A DNA stretch of 14,680 nt from Candidatus Heimdallarchaeota archaeon (GTDB lineage Archaea; Asgardarchaeota; Heimdallarchaeia; Heimdallarchaeales; Kariarchaeaceae): NCBI GenBank assembly GCA_015523565.1, contig WAKA01000041.1:1-14680 (forward strand), read 5' to 3'. Below are positions 14,611 through 14,680 of this stretch, one piece after another. Each line of letters begins with the position of its first letter. Position 1 is the stretch's first letter. Below the pieces are notes generated by a model. It made no database searches and had not been told where the DNA came from. It was given only the letters and a program-made list of their open reading frames with translations. Made by a program: the position numbers and the translations under genes.

Positions 14611-14680
14611 TCGTTTGAAGATGTGCTATTATGTAGCAACAACCTTACTTATTAATAATTGTTATAGTACAGTATATAAT

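Noticed and set aside
710-14655. Remaining short (60-117 aa) ORFs in the six-frame track
   Set aside because: All overlap well-supported longer genes on another frame or strand and show no recognisable motifs.

Overview
AT-rich, densely coding chromosomal window with 11 protein genes. I found no RNA genes, CRISPR array or mobile element. Several features indicate an archaeon, most plausibly an Asgard (Heimdallarchaeia-like) lineage, though the lineage is an inference: TATA boxes about 25-30 nt before start codons, a GGTGA Shine-Dalgarno site, an Fe-S XPD helicase, a DUF3782-like coiled-coil nuclease, N-glycosylation-rich surface proteins and a CTERM-like sorting tail. Gene order: coiled-coil PD-(D/E)XK protein with a 5x42-bp repeat (+), alpha/beta hydrolase (-), XPD/Rad3 helicase (+), alpha-helical repeat protein (+), membrane-tethered double winged-helix regulator with an extracellular domain (-), 1516-aa surface-anchored multidomain S8 subtilase (+), CoA-pyrophosphatase Nudix (+), CMD-family protein (-), degenerate DinB protein (+), membrane-anchored metzincin (-), thioredoxin (-). 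The most interesting element is the head-to-head pair of a single-pass receptor-like transcription factor and a surface subtilase. They share a symmetric promoter region with a central palindrome, and both appear to carry a GATase-like extracellular domain. This is a candidate transmembrane, possibly proteolysis-controlled, signalling module.
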